64,000 nt of DNA from Carcharhinus amblyrhynchos (lineage: Eukaryota), in NCBI GenBank assembly GCA_965287045.1, contig OZ336900.1, positions 12,462,001 to 12,526,000 of the forward strand, written 5' to 3'. Below are positions 1-11,369 of this stretch, one piece after another. Under the pieces are notes generated by a model that ran no database searches, was not told the origin of the DNA, and saw nothing but the letters and a program-made list of their open reading frames with translations. Position 1 is the stretch's first letter, and each line of letters starts with the position of its first letter. A program made the position numbers and the translations under genes.

Positions 1-220
1 TTCTCTGCCCGTTGAAGTGGTGGAGGCTACCTCGCTGAATATATTTAAGTCATGGGTAGATAGGTTTCTGATGGACAAGGGAATTAAGGGTTATGGGGAG
101 AAAGCGGGAAAGTGGAACTGATCCACTTCAGATCAGCCATGATCTTATTGAATGGCGGGGTAGGCTCAAGGGGCTAGATGGCTTACTCCTGCTCTTATTT
201 CTTATGTTCTTATGTTCCTT
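1..220 (+). mobile_element. CR1-type LINE 3' end, running off the window start
   Basis: Encodes SLPVEVVEATSLNIFKSWVDRFLMDKGIKGYG (CR1 ORF2 C-terminus), then the CR1 3' UTR GATCAGCCATGATCTTATTGAATGGCGG and a (TTCTTATG)n tail. Confidence 0.85.
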
Positions 221-1408
221 CTCCTGTTTTGATGCCTCAATTAGTAAAATCAGTCTACAGGTGGAGCTTCTGGAGTTGATATGTGCTAAGAACTGTTATA
301 ATGGTGCTATGGTTAGTTTCAATTCTTCTGAAGGTGGGAGGAAGACAACGAGCTAGAGTTTCCTCTTGAGTCAGCATATTTTTATTTGTATCATAAGTGC
401 TACTGGATTTTAGTTTAATTAATTTCTGCTGAAAGTACGTTTCAACATATAATTTTTTTTTTTGTTTACTTTATTCCAATCCAGTCAAGTCAAATTAAAG
501 CCAATTCAGAGTCCCAACAAGTTGGGACATTCCCGATCCAATCTGACAAGACAGGGCTCTCACTTAATTTTCATGAGAATGAACCAAATGCACCATTTGA
601 GGGTTCAGTGTATGTTGAGAAGATCCTGCTGTCTCTTTTACATACAGCTTAGCACCCTTGCTGATAACGAATGTTGAACGGCCATAACTAAAGCTTGATG
701 TTTGAGTTTACAATTGAGAATAGCTCGCCATAGACCAGCCAGGGTAACTGTGAGGTGGCTCCACGTGGATCCCGACGTAAATCATTCAGAAACTCATCCA
801 GACACAGCTCTCAGATGCAACCTACCACAAGCAAAGTGTTTGTTGCACGAAACATGGCAGATAGAAATTTTCTCTTGACTACTTTTGCATTTTTTTCCTT
901 CAATGTTGAATCTTGCGAGCAGACCTTTTGGACTTGTTTGGCTGTTACATGATCAGCTCTGAATTTTTTTTAACATTTTTATTTTCTTCAAAAACATGAT
1001 TTTGGTCCAATTATTTTCATTGAAAAATTTCCTAAAACTCACAAATTAAACTGGTGCAAGCTCTTCTGAGCCTTTGGCCTCATTTGTTCTTTTAGATGCT
1101 ACAGTTTATTTGTTGCCTTTACTGTTCTGTTAGAGAAACATCTCTTGAGTAGATGAAAATACTCTCGCAACATAATTTCAAAACAACTCCAATTCCTTTA
1201 GATTCTTATGAAAAAGAACCCTTTCCTTGAGCCTTTTTGCTTTGTGAGTTCTAGTTTGAGCAGAGCTGAGATCTTCTTTACAGATCTGACTAATTCTTTC
1301 ATGGTTTCAGATCTTAAGAACATCTTCTGAACCTTAGAGCACAGCATCCCACCCCCCTCTTTGGCCTCTCTTTTTAGTCTATTCTTCTGTCTCCTATCTT
1401 CTTCTTAG

Positions 1409-1501
<93 letters not shown>

Positions 1502-1549
1502 TAAGTATCCCATGCGCCTCTGCTGCCTCTGATGCAGTAGAACACTCTC

Positions 1550-1582
1550 TGCATGCCATTTTCTTTTTCTGTTTCATGCATG
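1550..1582 (+). promoter_or_regulatory. Two RBFOX motifs (TGCATG) in the 85-nt exon 9/9alt intron
   Basis: TGCATG at 1550-1555 and 1577-1582; the second is 1 nt from the acceptor AG at 1584-1585. Confidence 0.6.
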
Positions 1583-1585
1583 TAG

Positions 1586-1677
1586 GCAATGTTTGCTCGA
1601 TACGTACCAGAAATTGCTGCTCTCATCCTTAATCGGAAGAAATACGGAGGGACTTTTAATGCGACACGAGGCAGAAA
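1586..1677 (+). CDS. KCNMA1: BK channel alternative exon 9alt, mutually exclusive with exon 9, 92 nt
   Basis: tgtag|GCA...AGAAA|gtaagt. Translates [30 protein letters not shown](K). Same length and phases as exon 9; matches known slo1 e9alt. Confidence 0.93.
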
Positions 1678-1967
1678 GTAAGTCAAACTGGACAAGGCAT
1701 GTTTGTGGTGACCTCTGACCCACAGAGATTTAATATTTTGTTTGCACTGTGATGTCAGATGTTACTGCTAGGATTGTCACACTGTCATTGGAGACATTTG
1801 GCTCTGATAAGGCACATGTCACCTTTGTTAACTTTTTTTTGTCGGTGCCTCAAAACAAGAATTCCTATTGTTTTATTAGTCTACAGCACACAAGGTTGAA
1901 GAAAAGCATGGCAGCCAGACTATTCCAGCTACCTTGTTTTGGCATTTCCTCCCAAAAAAGGATAACA

Positions 1968-2152
1968 TCATTGTTTAATTTTCATATTTACATTGCATCA
2001 TTAATTTCTAAATTTCCATTTTAAAGAATATCTAATCTGGCCTTGTTGTCAGTTCTTCCATCACTCTGATATTGTCATCCTTATTTTCTGCGTGCAGCTT
2101 TTGTACTTTCCATGTTTCATTAAAATCCATGTGACTCTTCCATGGAAACCAT
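1968..2152 (+). promoter_or_regulatory. NOVA-type YCAY cluster downstream of exon 9alt
   Basis: 12 YCAY tetramers counted in about 185 nt, against roughly 3 expected at uniform base composition. Confidence 0.5.
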
Positions 2153-4883
2153 TTCGCGAGAGCTTGCCAGAGGCTCGTCTGTCACCAGCGTTCAGCTCAG
2201 TGATACTGTGTGGTCTAAATCCTCGGCCCTAATCTTCAGTCAAGTTCCCGCGTCCCTCCCTTCCCTTCCCTTCCCCCTTCCAAAACTGAAGGCCTCAACC
2301 CCCAGCCCTTCAGATCCTTAAATGCTTTTGGCTTGCTTTACGATCTGTCAGCAGCCTGCTTGACTGAATGGGCGTTTTTTTTTGCTTTTAGATAGTCACT
2401 GTTTGTTGCTTCTGCTAATTTTTGTCTTTTGTGAATTCCCTCAGATTTTCGACCCCACCTTAATTATCCCACCCTAATTAAAAAACCAGCTCTTTCATCA
2501 GCACACAAACTGCCTGGTGGAGGTAACTTCTGTGAAAAAGTTCTCAATTTATGTTCGGTGTAAAGTTTTTAAGACCTTTAGTCACTTGGACTTTGCATCA
2601 GTGCTTATATAGCTGGGAAACACTCTGGAAGTCAGTGTCCTTTGTTTTTTGTCTCGTTTCCCCATTAGCAGAAGAAGATTGACGATATGTTATGTTTGGC
2701 CAACATTTTGGTTTTCATTTGGAGGCTCATGTTCAGAGAACAAATTGTCAGAACGTTCAGACTCCCTGCCCAGGAGATAAGACCATGTGGTAGCAATTTC
2801 CAGTCATGCAATGTCTTAAACCACAGCTGGCAAGTGTGGCTTCTGGCCTCAGCCCCGAAAGCTGGCTGCAGTTCTTGTCTTTCGTATAATTGCAACTTTT
2901 TTTTTGTAATGTGAAGGAAGTTGATGCAAAGTGACATTTTATAAACAACTTATTTTCCAACTTTCTAATTTTACCGTATCAACATAGCACTCAACATAAA
3001 CATTCATTTTGCGCAGCAACAGAATGTCTAAACACCAATTAAGATAGCTCGCCGTTTGTTAGCTGTCATTATTCATAAGTCTTCAGTGATGAGAGTTAGA
3101 AAAAAATAAAGCCTGCCATCAGATTATGGAATTGCATTGCTCTGAATCCAGTGCAGCCTAGCAGGCAGCCACTAGTGCAGACTGACATAAGTAGCAAAAT
3201 CTACTAAAGTGCACCCGCTTTCTGAAATGTCTAAAACTGTTGCATTCTTTAAGAGACTTTACCACAGGACAGCAGCAGCACTTTCTCGAAGGAGAATTAT
3301 GCCTTTAATGCACTAGAGCAATGAGACAAGGATTAGAGCAGTATACGGAGGTGTGGCTGAGTCTGGTGCTGATGCTGGAGCTGCTCTTTACCTGTCTGCC
3401 CTGTGGGTTCTCTGCTGCATGGCTGCATTTGCATGTTAACTCATCCTGGTTTACTCCATTTGTGCTGCGTCTGTGGGCTTTCTGTTACATTGTTTATCCT
3501 TTCCTTTTTAACGTAAGTGCTGATTGTGTTTGACTGCTGCCTGTTTACAATGTTTTCGCTCAGTCGGATTGTCCACTAAGGGTTTTAACTTGATTTTTGC
3601 CCCTTGAGATGTAAATGTTGAAATATTTGTCAAATTGAAGCACTATGATAACTCAGGTCAGCGCTGTTACATAGTTGCTTCCCAAGCTCTGCCCCATCCC
3701 AACAAAAATAAATAAATGGACTGCCAGATATCAGCCACACACATCACCAGGGCGTATGCACACCCCATTCTATGTTTGTCAATCATTGGTTGTGTTTCTG
3801 TTTCCTTCCCATTTCCAGAGACACGAAAACATTGATCCACTGGAAAACTAGCATCAGGAAGTTTCTCTCTTTTTCTTATCACTCATATTTTTGGTGTTAT
3901 CATTCAGGAACAGATGCCCTGTATTGGATTTAAGGGATAAAGATCATGTTCTCCACCATCACCATCCTAGCTCCTACTTGCTTAGTATTCTTTTTACAAG
4001 GCTGGCTCTTAACAGAGTCAATGATGTTAGCCTCTGAGTTGTCAGGATGTGACACACATGATTGCCAATAGTATGGAAAGATAATTGCTGCGTCTGTTAC
4101 TAACAGCAAGCAGAGACGGTCAAGTTCACTGACACCAGAAACACAACTAGGCTCAATCGCTCATTTTATCTCATCACCTTTTAGCTTGGATTTCAGATTT
4201 GGGATGAGTTGCAGCACTATTTTATGCTTGCAGCAACCTACAAACTGAAGCTAGTGCCAGTCAGCAGCTCACTATCCGTGGACCTAGTAATCTACTTGGA
4301 TTTCACAAGTGGTGTGCTGATGACACTTTTAATTTGTACAGGATTTAAGGTATTGTAGGACATCAGAAGACTGGAATGGCAGCAACATACAATGACCAGC
4401 TGAACTCCCTGCAAGTTGGCATTTTCAAGGGTACAGGGTGCCATATCTCAGTAATGCTATACCCTTGTCTCTATTAACGTAGAATAATCCTGTCACAGCT
4501 TTAATGGCAGAGAATAAAAATACCAGTTTTGCACTAATAAGTAGTTTTAGAACATAGCACTGTAAAAGGAATTGTGTCATCATATGAAGTGTCTGGTTTA
4601 TTACTACATACAATAAGCATTTTAAACAAAAACTGATTTAAATAAGGATTCTAATTTCAAAGTTTGCATCAAAATTATTTTTTTTCAGTTCTACATATTT
4701 TAAATTAATTTCTTGTACTCAAATGCAAGTATGGAATCTGTTCCAAATTAGCCTTTTAATATAAACCTATGAAAAATTAAGATTCAAATAGTGCTACATA
4801 TTTACAAGGTAGAGGAAGGAAGGTTAGATGGTACCCACTTGAGATTACTGCTCACCTGGACAGTCAGTATTGCACTGAACGCT

Positions 4884-5124
4884 TTTCTCCATCATAGTAA
4901 GTAGTCTCACAACACCAGGTTAAAGTCCAACAGGTTTATTTGGTAGCACAAGCTTTCAGAGTGTTGCCCCTTCATCATACTGCATCACCTGATGAAGGGG
5001 CAATGACCCAAAAGCTCGTGCTACCAAATAAACCTGTTGGACTTTAACCTGGTGTTGTGAGACTTCTTACTGTGCCTACCCCAATCCAACGCTGGCAACT
5101 CCACATCATGGCTTTCTCCATCAT
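4884..5124. mobile_element. Penelope-like short element with inverted arms and target-site duplication
   Basis: Arms 4893-4977 and 4990-5074 are near-perfect reverse complements. Direct repeat TTTCTCCATCAT at 4884-4895 and 5113-5124. Contains CTGATGA...AAAAGC (GAAAGC-type) motifs. Confidence 0.7.
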
Positions 5125-5404
5125 GATAAGGTAAGGGTATTTTTATTGCCTTATTTTGAATCTCAGTCATTTTTTTTGTAACTGAGCATTCGTTTTCCCT
5201 CTTTTCCTGGTGGTGGTGGATTTGTATCTGAAATGTTGGCTGCTTGGGGAAAGGGAGGTCCCAGATAATAATCCAACTCACTCCCTAGCTGTTTGGTGTA
5301 ACGTATTTGTGTATAAAGGTCTTGTGTTTTGCAATTAATGTTGGACAGTTTAAAGGTGTGTGCTGAATTCTGACAGTCCAGTTATGTATTTCAATATTGT
5401 TGGA

Positions 5405-5645
5405 TGTTATGTGTCTGGTGGTGGATACATGTCTGAATTTTGCAGAGTATTTTCAGGTGTCCCATCAGATGTCTGGCACACTGGTGGTGGGAATATATCT
5501 GAATCTTGCCATGCTATTTGTGAGTATATATTAGGTGTCTGCTGTCTGGTGGTGGGTATATGTCTGTGTCCTGCCAGACTATTTTTGGGTATGCGTCAGG
5601 TGTCTGACAGTCTGGTGGTGGGGACATGTCAAAATCCCTGGCGGT
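5405..5645 (+). repeat. Degenerate tandem repeat, about 66 bp, about 4 units
   Basis: Anchor CTGGTGGTGG recurs at 5415, 5481, 5546 and 5612 with similar flanks. Confidence 0.75.
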
Positions 5646-6994
5646 GCACAAAAGGCTCACTGGCTTAAGTCTCCATTTATCCACAAAGCTCTGCCTGCTT
5701 TCTGCAGTTATGGAATCAATAATTCTGTAGCGTTTTCCAAACCATTGGGACCCTGGAGTTGATGGATAAGGCTGTTGGGGGTAACTTTGTCATATAGCCA
5801 GCAGCTTTCCCTCAAGGAGCTAGCTCCTGCAATTCACTACAGATCTCAGAACTATTGGATTCCAGCATCCTATCTTTCTTCCATTTGGTTATGAAGAAGA
5901 GTGATTGATGCACTGGCATGATTGACCACAAGCCAGGTACAAAATCCTCATGAGACAAGATCCCTCTCGAGCAGATGTTAAAAGAGCAGTGGATCGGAGG
6001 GAGATGCAAAATGAGCATTACTAATTATTATCACAACTGAATTCCTCTCATCTGGCTCCTACCCTATTTCACAATAGGGCCTGGATAAAGTTTCTTGGCT
6101 TTTCTGGAAATGGTGCTTCACACTTAAGGTACCAAAATACGTTCAAAATGACGAAAAAATAAAATCCGAAAGTATCAGCTAGCCTTTAATATTCATTTCA
6201 TTATACTCATCACTTGAGCCTTTTCTGCTCTACCAAGGGAAGCAGTGGATACAGGAGCTTAAAGCCTGAAAACCCAGATGTTACTTATACACTCAACAGG
6301 AACAAATGTTCAAGGAAATGGTTATGGGAACCATCATTTCCCTAAAAGATGTTTCCATGTGATTGCAGATGCTTTTGTAAGATTATATTTTTTTTACACC
6401 CTTAACAATGGAGGCGATTTACGTTGAATATTTTCCAAATTATTAATTATCTACTGGGAACTCATCTAATGACCAGATTACTTCAGATGTGCTTTCACCT
6501 TCTAATCTAAGTTACACAGTTTCACACAACTTAATGTTGCTTAATGTTCTGTTAAATTGTAAAAAAAAAATTATTGGATTCTATGCATATCTAATTACTC
6601 CTCTTTTAAAGCCCAAGAGATTTGAATTAATAAAAAGATGAAATGTTTTCGTTCCAATTTAATTGACCGCTGGTGCTGCTATCCCACTCCTCAATAATTC
6701 ATTTCTACCACTTTGAAAGCTCATTTCTGGGCCTCACTACAGATATTAAGCTTTAATGACCATTTCCTTTTTTGTTATCCTAAATTTGTCTCCTCCCTTC
6801 CAACCCCAGCAGTGCCTCTACCACTATCCAAGTCTTGTATGTTTAAAATTCAGAGCATTTGATTCTTCTTGGGATATGATTGGAATTCTGTGACCACATA
6901 TTTGTAGAAACAAATTTGAAATTTCAGCAGCTTAAATTCAATGTTATTCGCTTTCTACTTTAAATTAGTCGCCCAAGTAAAACAATAGTTTGTC

Positions 6995-7520
6995 CCCAGC
7001 TGGGGAATTGTGTCCAACTCTTGGTGCCAAACTTTAGGAAGAATGTGAAGGCTTTGGGGAGGGTGCAGAGGAGATTTACTTGCGTGGTTCCAAGAATGGG
7101 ATAATACAGTTGAGTGATTAGACGGGAGAAGAATTGTCCTTAGGGCAGAGGAGGCTAAGAGATAATTTAATAAGGGTGTTTAAAATCATGAAGGGGTTTT
7201 GATGGAGTAAATAAGAAGAAACGCTTTCCAGTAGCTGAAGGATTGATAATCAAAGGACATGGATTCAAGGTGATTGGCAGAAGTGACCTGAGGGGAAATT
7301 TCTTTGTGTAGTGGATGGTTAGGTTTTGAGTGCAATGCTTAATGGGTGGTGTAAGAAGATTCAACAGTAGCCCTCAAAGGAAATTGGGTAAATATTTGAA
7401 GGAGAAAAGTTGTCATGATATTGGGTAAGTGCCAGGAAGTGGAACTAACTGAATTGCTCTTTGAAAGAGCTGACACAGACTTGATGGCCCCCTTCTACAC
7501 TGTATTAAACTATGATTTTT
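6995..7520 (+). mobile_element. Decayed CR1 LINE 3' fragment
   Basis: Remnants reading like WCQTLGRM/ALGRVQRRFT and QRRLRDNLIRVFKIMKGFD, followed by a CR1-type 3' UTR. Confidence 0.75.
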
Positions 7521-8067
7521 GATGACCTAGCTCTCATGTGGTCAGAATGCTGTGACTGGTCCCAGGTAGAGAGGAGAACGTCAGCCAAAGATCTTGCTTT
7601 GTTTGCTACCTAATGTTTCCTGGAGGGAAAGTGCCTGTTGAATGTTGCTTTTGGATTAAGATCAGTTATTATGACGCCATCTTGGCAAAATATCACACCA
7701 ATACTTATTGAGCTTGATGATGAGCAATGGTTATTAACATGAGGTACCACAGGACATGGTGCACACCAAAAAATATATCAGCAAGATGTTGACATTGTCA
7801 GAAGTTGGGAACTGAAGAGTGGCCAAAATCAGATGCACTGCAAACCTCAATGACCCAAAACTTCCAATCTGGGTCAGAACTCCTGTTTACCACCCAGATC
7901 AGACACAAGGTTACCTACTTGCCTCCGACAATTTTTTTGGAACCATCTTCCAATGGAGGACCTTCCAAACTTACTCAGTGTAGCATTCCTACACTACAGC
8001 ATGAGCTGCCAATCCGGGATACAGCGAGTTTAATGGTCCAGAGCCAGTTGCAGAAGCTACAGCGAGA

Positions 8068-8462
8068 AGGTAGGTGTGTAAGGTAAGTGGGTAAGTAAGT
8101 GAGTGGTACATTATGGTGAGTGTGTGAGGCAGTGGGGAAGCAGGTGTGTGGGTGAGGATGTAAAGGGTAGGTGGGTGGGTGAGGGGGGGTCGGGTGGCAG
8201 GTTAGTGGGTGAAGAGGTATGGTGGTAGGTGGCTGAAGAGTTAGCGTGTTCGGGGGATTGGGGCAGGGCAGTCAGGTGGATGATGGGAGGGAGTCATGTT
8301 GGGGAATCGGTGGGAGGTAGTTGAATTGGAAGCTAGTTGGAGCTTGGAGATGATAGTTGGGGGATCAGGCGTGAGTTAGAGAGTCAAAGAACAGTTGGAG
8401 TTCCAGTGAGGCGTCAGTGGGTGTGTCCTGGGGGGTGGGGAGGAGGGGGGGGAGTTGGTTAG
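8068..8462 (+). repeat. G-rich low-complexity tract
   Basis: Many GGG(G) runs, e.g. 8165-8210 and 8430-8452, with strong G-over-C skew. Confidence 0.7.
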
Positions 8463-10321
8463 GAGTAATATAGTTGCCCAAGAGTAAGAATCAGTTTTAA
8501 TCCTGCTAACTTTTCCTAGGTAACTATTCAGGTAAGTAAGTCAGGAACATTCAGAAATCTCCCACTCTAACTCAAGAGTCAGAGATTATTTCAGAGGATT
8601 CCACTAGCAGGGGAATTACCCATCTGAAGTCCACACTTCCTGCGTAATTACTAAGTAATTGATGTTATGAGACTTCCGAGGCATCCTATAGTGCAGTTAA
8701 GGGGTTACCTCTGGGGTACCCCATTTGGAGGTTTCATATTCTGGATCATCAAAGCAGTTCAAAAAAATATTTTCACCAGTTTCATCCTCTTCTTTAACTG
8801 TTGCTGGAATTATACAGGAGTCTGCCATTACCTTGCCAAAATGACCATTCTCCATGGCCGAGCTCATACGGTGAATGCCAACAGTTGATCTGATGTAGGG
8901 AGACATCACTGCCAAGACAGTCCCTGGCTGAATTAATTGTGATCAGGAGCACAAAGCAGGCCTGATATCCACATCCCCAACCCAAGATTTTTGTGCCCAA
9001 TTTATAGCCCCAACCACAACACCGATGATGATAAAATGAAACGGATACTTGTGCCTGTTTCACTTGAGTGATTCTGATGTTGAGTGTCCCTCCATTATTG
9101 GTAATGTTTCTGCTCCTCCTCAATCTGCTATAACTAATCACTCAGTGGAATTGAACCTAACATCTGTGGTCCATGTGGCTTCGCTAACTGAGCTGTATTC
9201 ATGAATATTTTTATTTAATCAGTCAGTGCTCTTGACACCTTCTGAATTACTCTGCCCAATCTTGAGTAAGTTATGATGGCATAACCCATAAAGCCACATC
9301 AGTTAATGTGTTGTCTTATGTTAGATCAATTTCCTCGTATGATCCAGTAACTTCACTTAACGAGTGCACAGAGGTATGAGCAGTACTCACAGTTTAAATT
9401 AAAATAATTAAATAACACAGGAAAAATACTACCACCCTCTCCTCCACTTCGCAGTGTGGTTCATACTGTTGGCAAACCTCCATTCAGGCACATTGTCTAG
9501 TTAAACATGCTCCAATGCTACATTTACTTTATAACACTGTCAGGGTCTGAGGTAAATTGGTCAACACTGCTGCCTCTGTAAGAGCCACATGAAGATGGTG
9601 ATTGATTTCCCCCACATTCAGATACTGCTGTACCAAAGTAGAACTGAAAACAGCTGTTCTGTCAGCCGCCATTTTACTGAATGTGTTTTCCAGGTTTCAG
9701 GACTTTACTGGAAAATGAAAGTCAGAAATACAATTGCAATCTGCAAACCAATGTGGACATGCAAACCACAGCTGTTTGTCTTTTGCTGCTGGTGCTGTGA
9801 AATCTGCCGTCCAAAACAGATGGGCAGATTGCCACAGCCAAGTCTTTAAAAGAACTCCTACTTGTAGTAGCTCTGTGACTATAAATGAAACAAATTAAAC
9901 ATAACAAACATACAAATGTGTACACACACAAATGATATACATATATGCACTCATGCACACACATGCTCTCTTATATAATTACAAAAGACGCTTTGGAGAA
10001 ATGATCTCTTTTGTTTCACTTCATTGTTTTACCTCCTCAAAGAACATCTGCATCTCTTCATATTGTCCTTTCCACTTCACTTTCAAGCTCAGAATCTTAT
10101 TTTAAATTGAAATGCTCCCATGAGATCTTAATCACATAATGTTCTTCAAACTCGCCAAGAACAGTCTGGAAGAAGCATCTGTCCTTCACTGGTGGGTTTA
10201 ACCAGTGTTTTAGAAAGAGCAAAATGATGGCTGCTTTCATGGATAATTATACTCCGCATACCAGTTTCCTTGTCAACATCTGTAAAATTTAGCACTAAAA
10301 GCCAAAACTAAACAGGCAGCA

Positions 10322-10430
10322 TAAGAAAGAAAGACGTTGCATTCATACAGCGCCTTTCAGAACCTCTGGGCTTTCCAAAGCACTTTACAACCAAGGAAGT
10401 AATTCTTGAAGTGTAGTTACTGTTGTACAA
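10322..10430 (-). mobile_element. SacSINE1/DeuSINE-like 3' tail fragment
   Basis: Reverse complement of the GTAAAGTGCTTTGG...TGAAAGGCGCTGTATGAATGCAA tail seen in the + strand copies at 33.9 and 46 kb. Confidence 0.65.
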
Positions 10431-10489
10431 GCAATAGTGAATGCACTTTAATAAAGCATATTAGAAGATGAGGAAAAACCCTATACTTA

Positions 10490-10630
10490 GTGGAGATCCA
10501 AAATAAAAACAATAAACAGTTGTCATTCAGCATCTGAAAGAGAAAGGAGCTTGGAACACATATATACCATTCGCCTGCCTTTCCCTTTCAGATGATAAAT
10601 GACCTGCTGGGCACTTGAGCATCTTCTGCT
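10490..10630. mobile_element. Short palindromic repeat relic
   Basis: GTCATTCAGCATCTGAAAGAGAAAGG (10522-10547) pairs with CCTTTCCCTTTCAGATGATAAATGAC (10578-10603) with 3 mismatches. Confidence 0.55.
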
Positions 10631-11369
10631 TGGCGTGCTCTCTGTGTGTTATATCATGGAGCTAATGGCTCACAGTCAGAACACTCAGTGACCCAACCTG
10701 TGCCAGGTAAAACTCAGAACGCTGCAGCACCTCCCATCGAGTCTCAGCACACAAATTAATTGATCGGGTTGTCGTCATAAAAATGTGAACCCGTCACCTC
10801 TCTCATTTTCTCCATCTGTCATAGTCTATTGCATCTTTGTTTTAAAATCCCACGATAATTTACTTAGCAAGTTAGAAATACCCCTGAAGTGCAGTGCCAT
10901 TACCAATGACAATTAACGCAGTTAACACTTGTCAATGTTTTTCTACATTTTGCTTAGTCTATTTGTATTATTTTAGTGGAAAATTGTATTATGCAACCCA
11001 CAACTGGAAACAATGACTCCACCCATCCCACTCCTCCCCACCCAAAACTACAGCCCCCTACACTCCTCTTTCTCCTTTTCACCTTGCCACCACCATTCAT
11101 TCTGATACTGTGGAATTGAGGATTCCCAGAAGGCTATGTGCTGTTTATTTACCTCTTAGACAGCTTAAAATTTGTAGCAGTTACCCAGCATTTACTGTCA
11201 ACAGACATTATTGACACTTCGCAATTTTTCTAGGTGACAATAAATCAAATTTGTGCTTGACCCTTATTTTATTTTCTTCCTCTGTTGAGGGTAGACACAC
11301 AGGGACCAACTATCCTCCAGAGCCTCATGTAAACATGGATAGATACAACTTATTTGAGAAGGTTTTTGT

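Noticed and set aside
1586-1677. Exon 9alt as a dead duplicate or assembly artefact
   Set aside because: It is heavily diverged at synonymous sites yet keeps length, frame and both splice sites, and it matches a known functional exon.
3321-3533. Hydrophobic 70-aa ORF as a micropeptide
   Set aside because: Hydrophobicity follows from TG/CT-rich composition, and there is no promoter or acceptor evidence.
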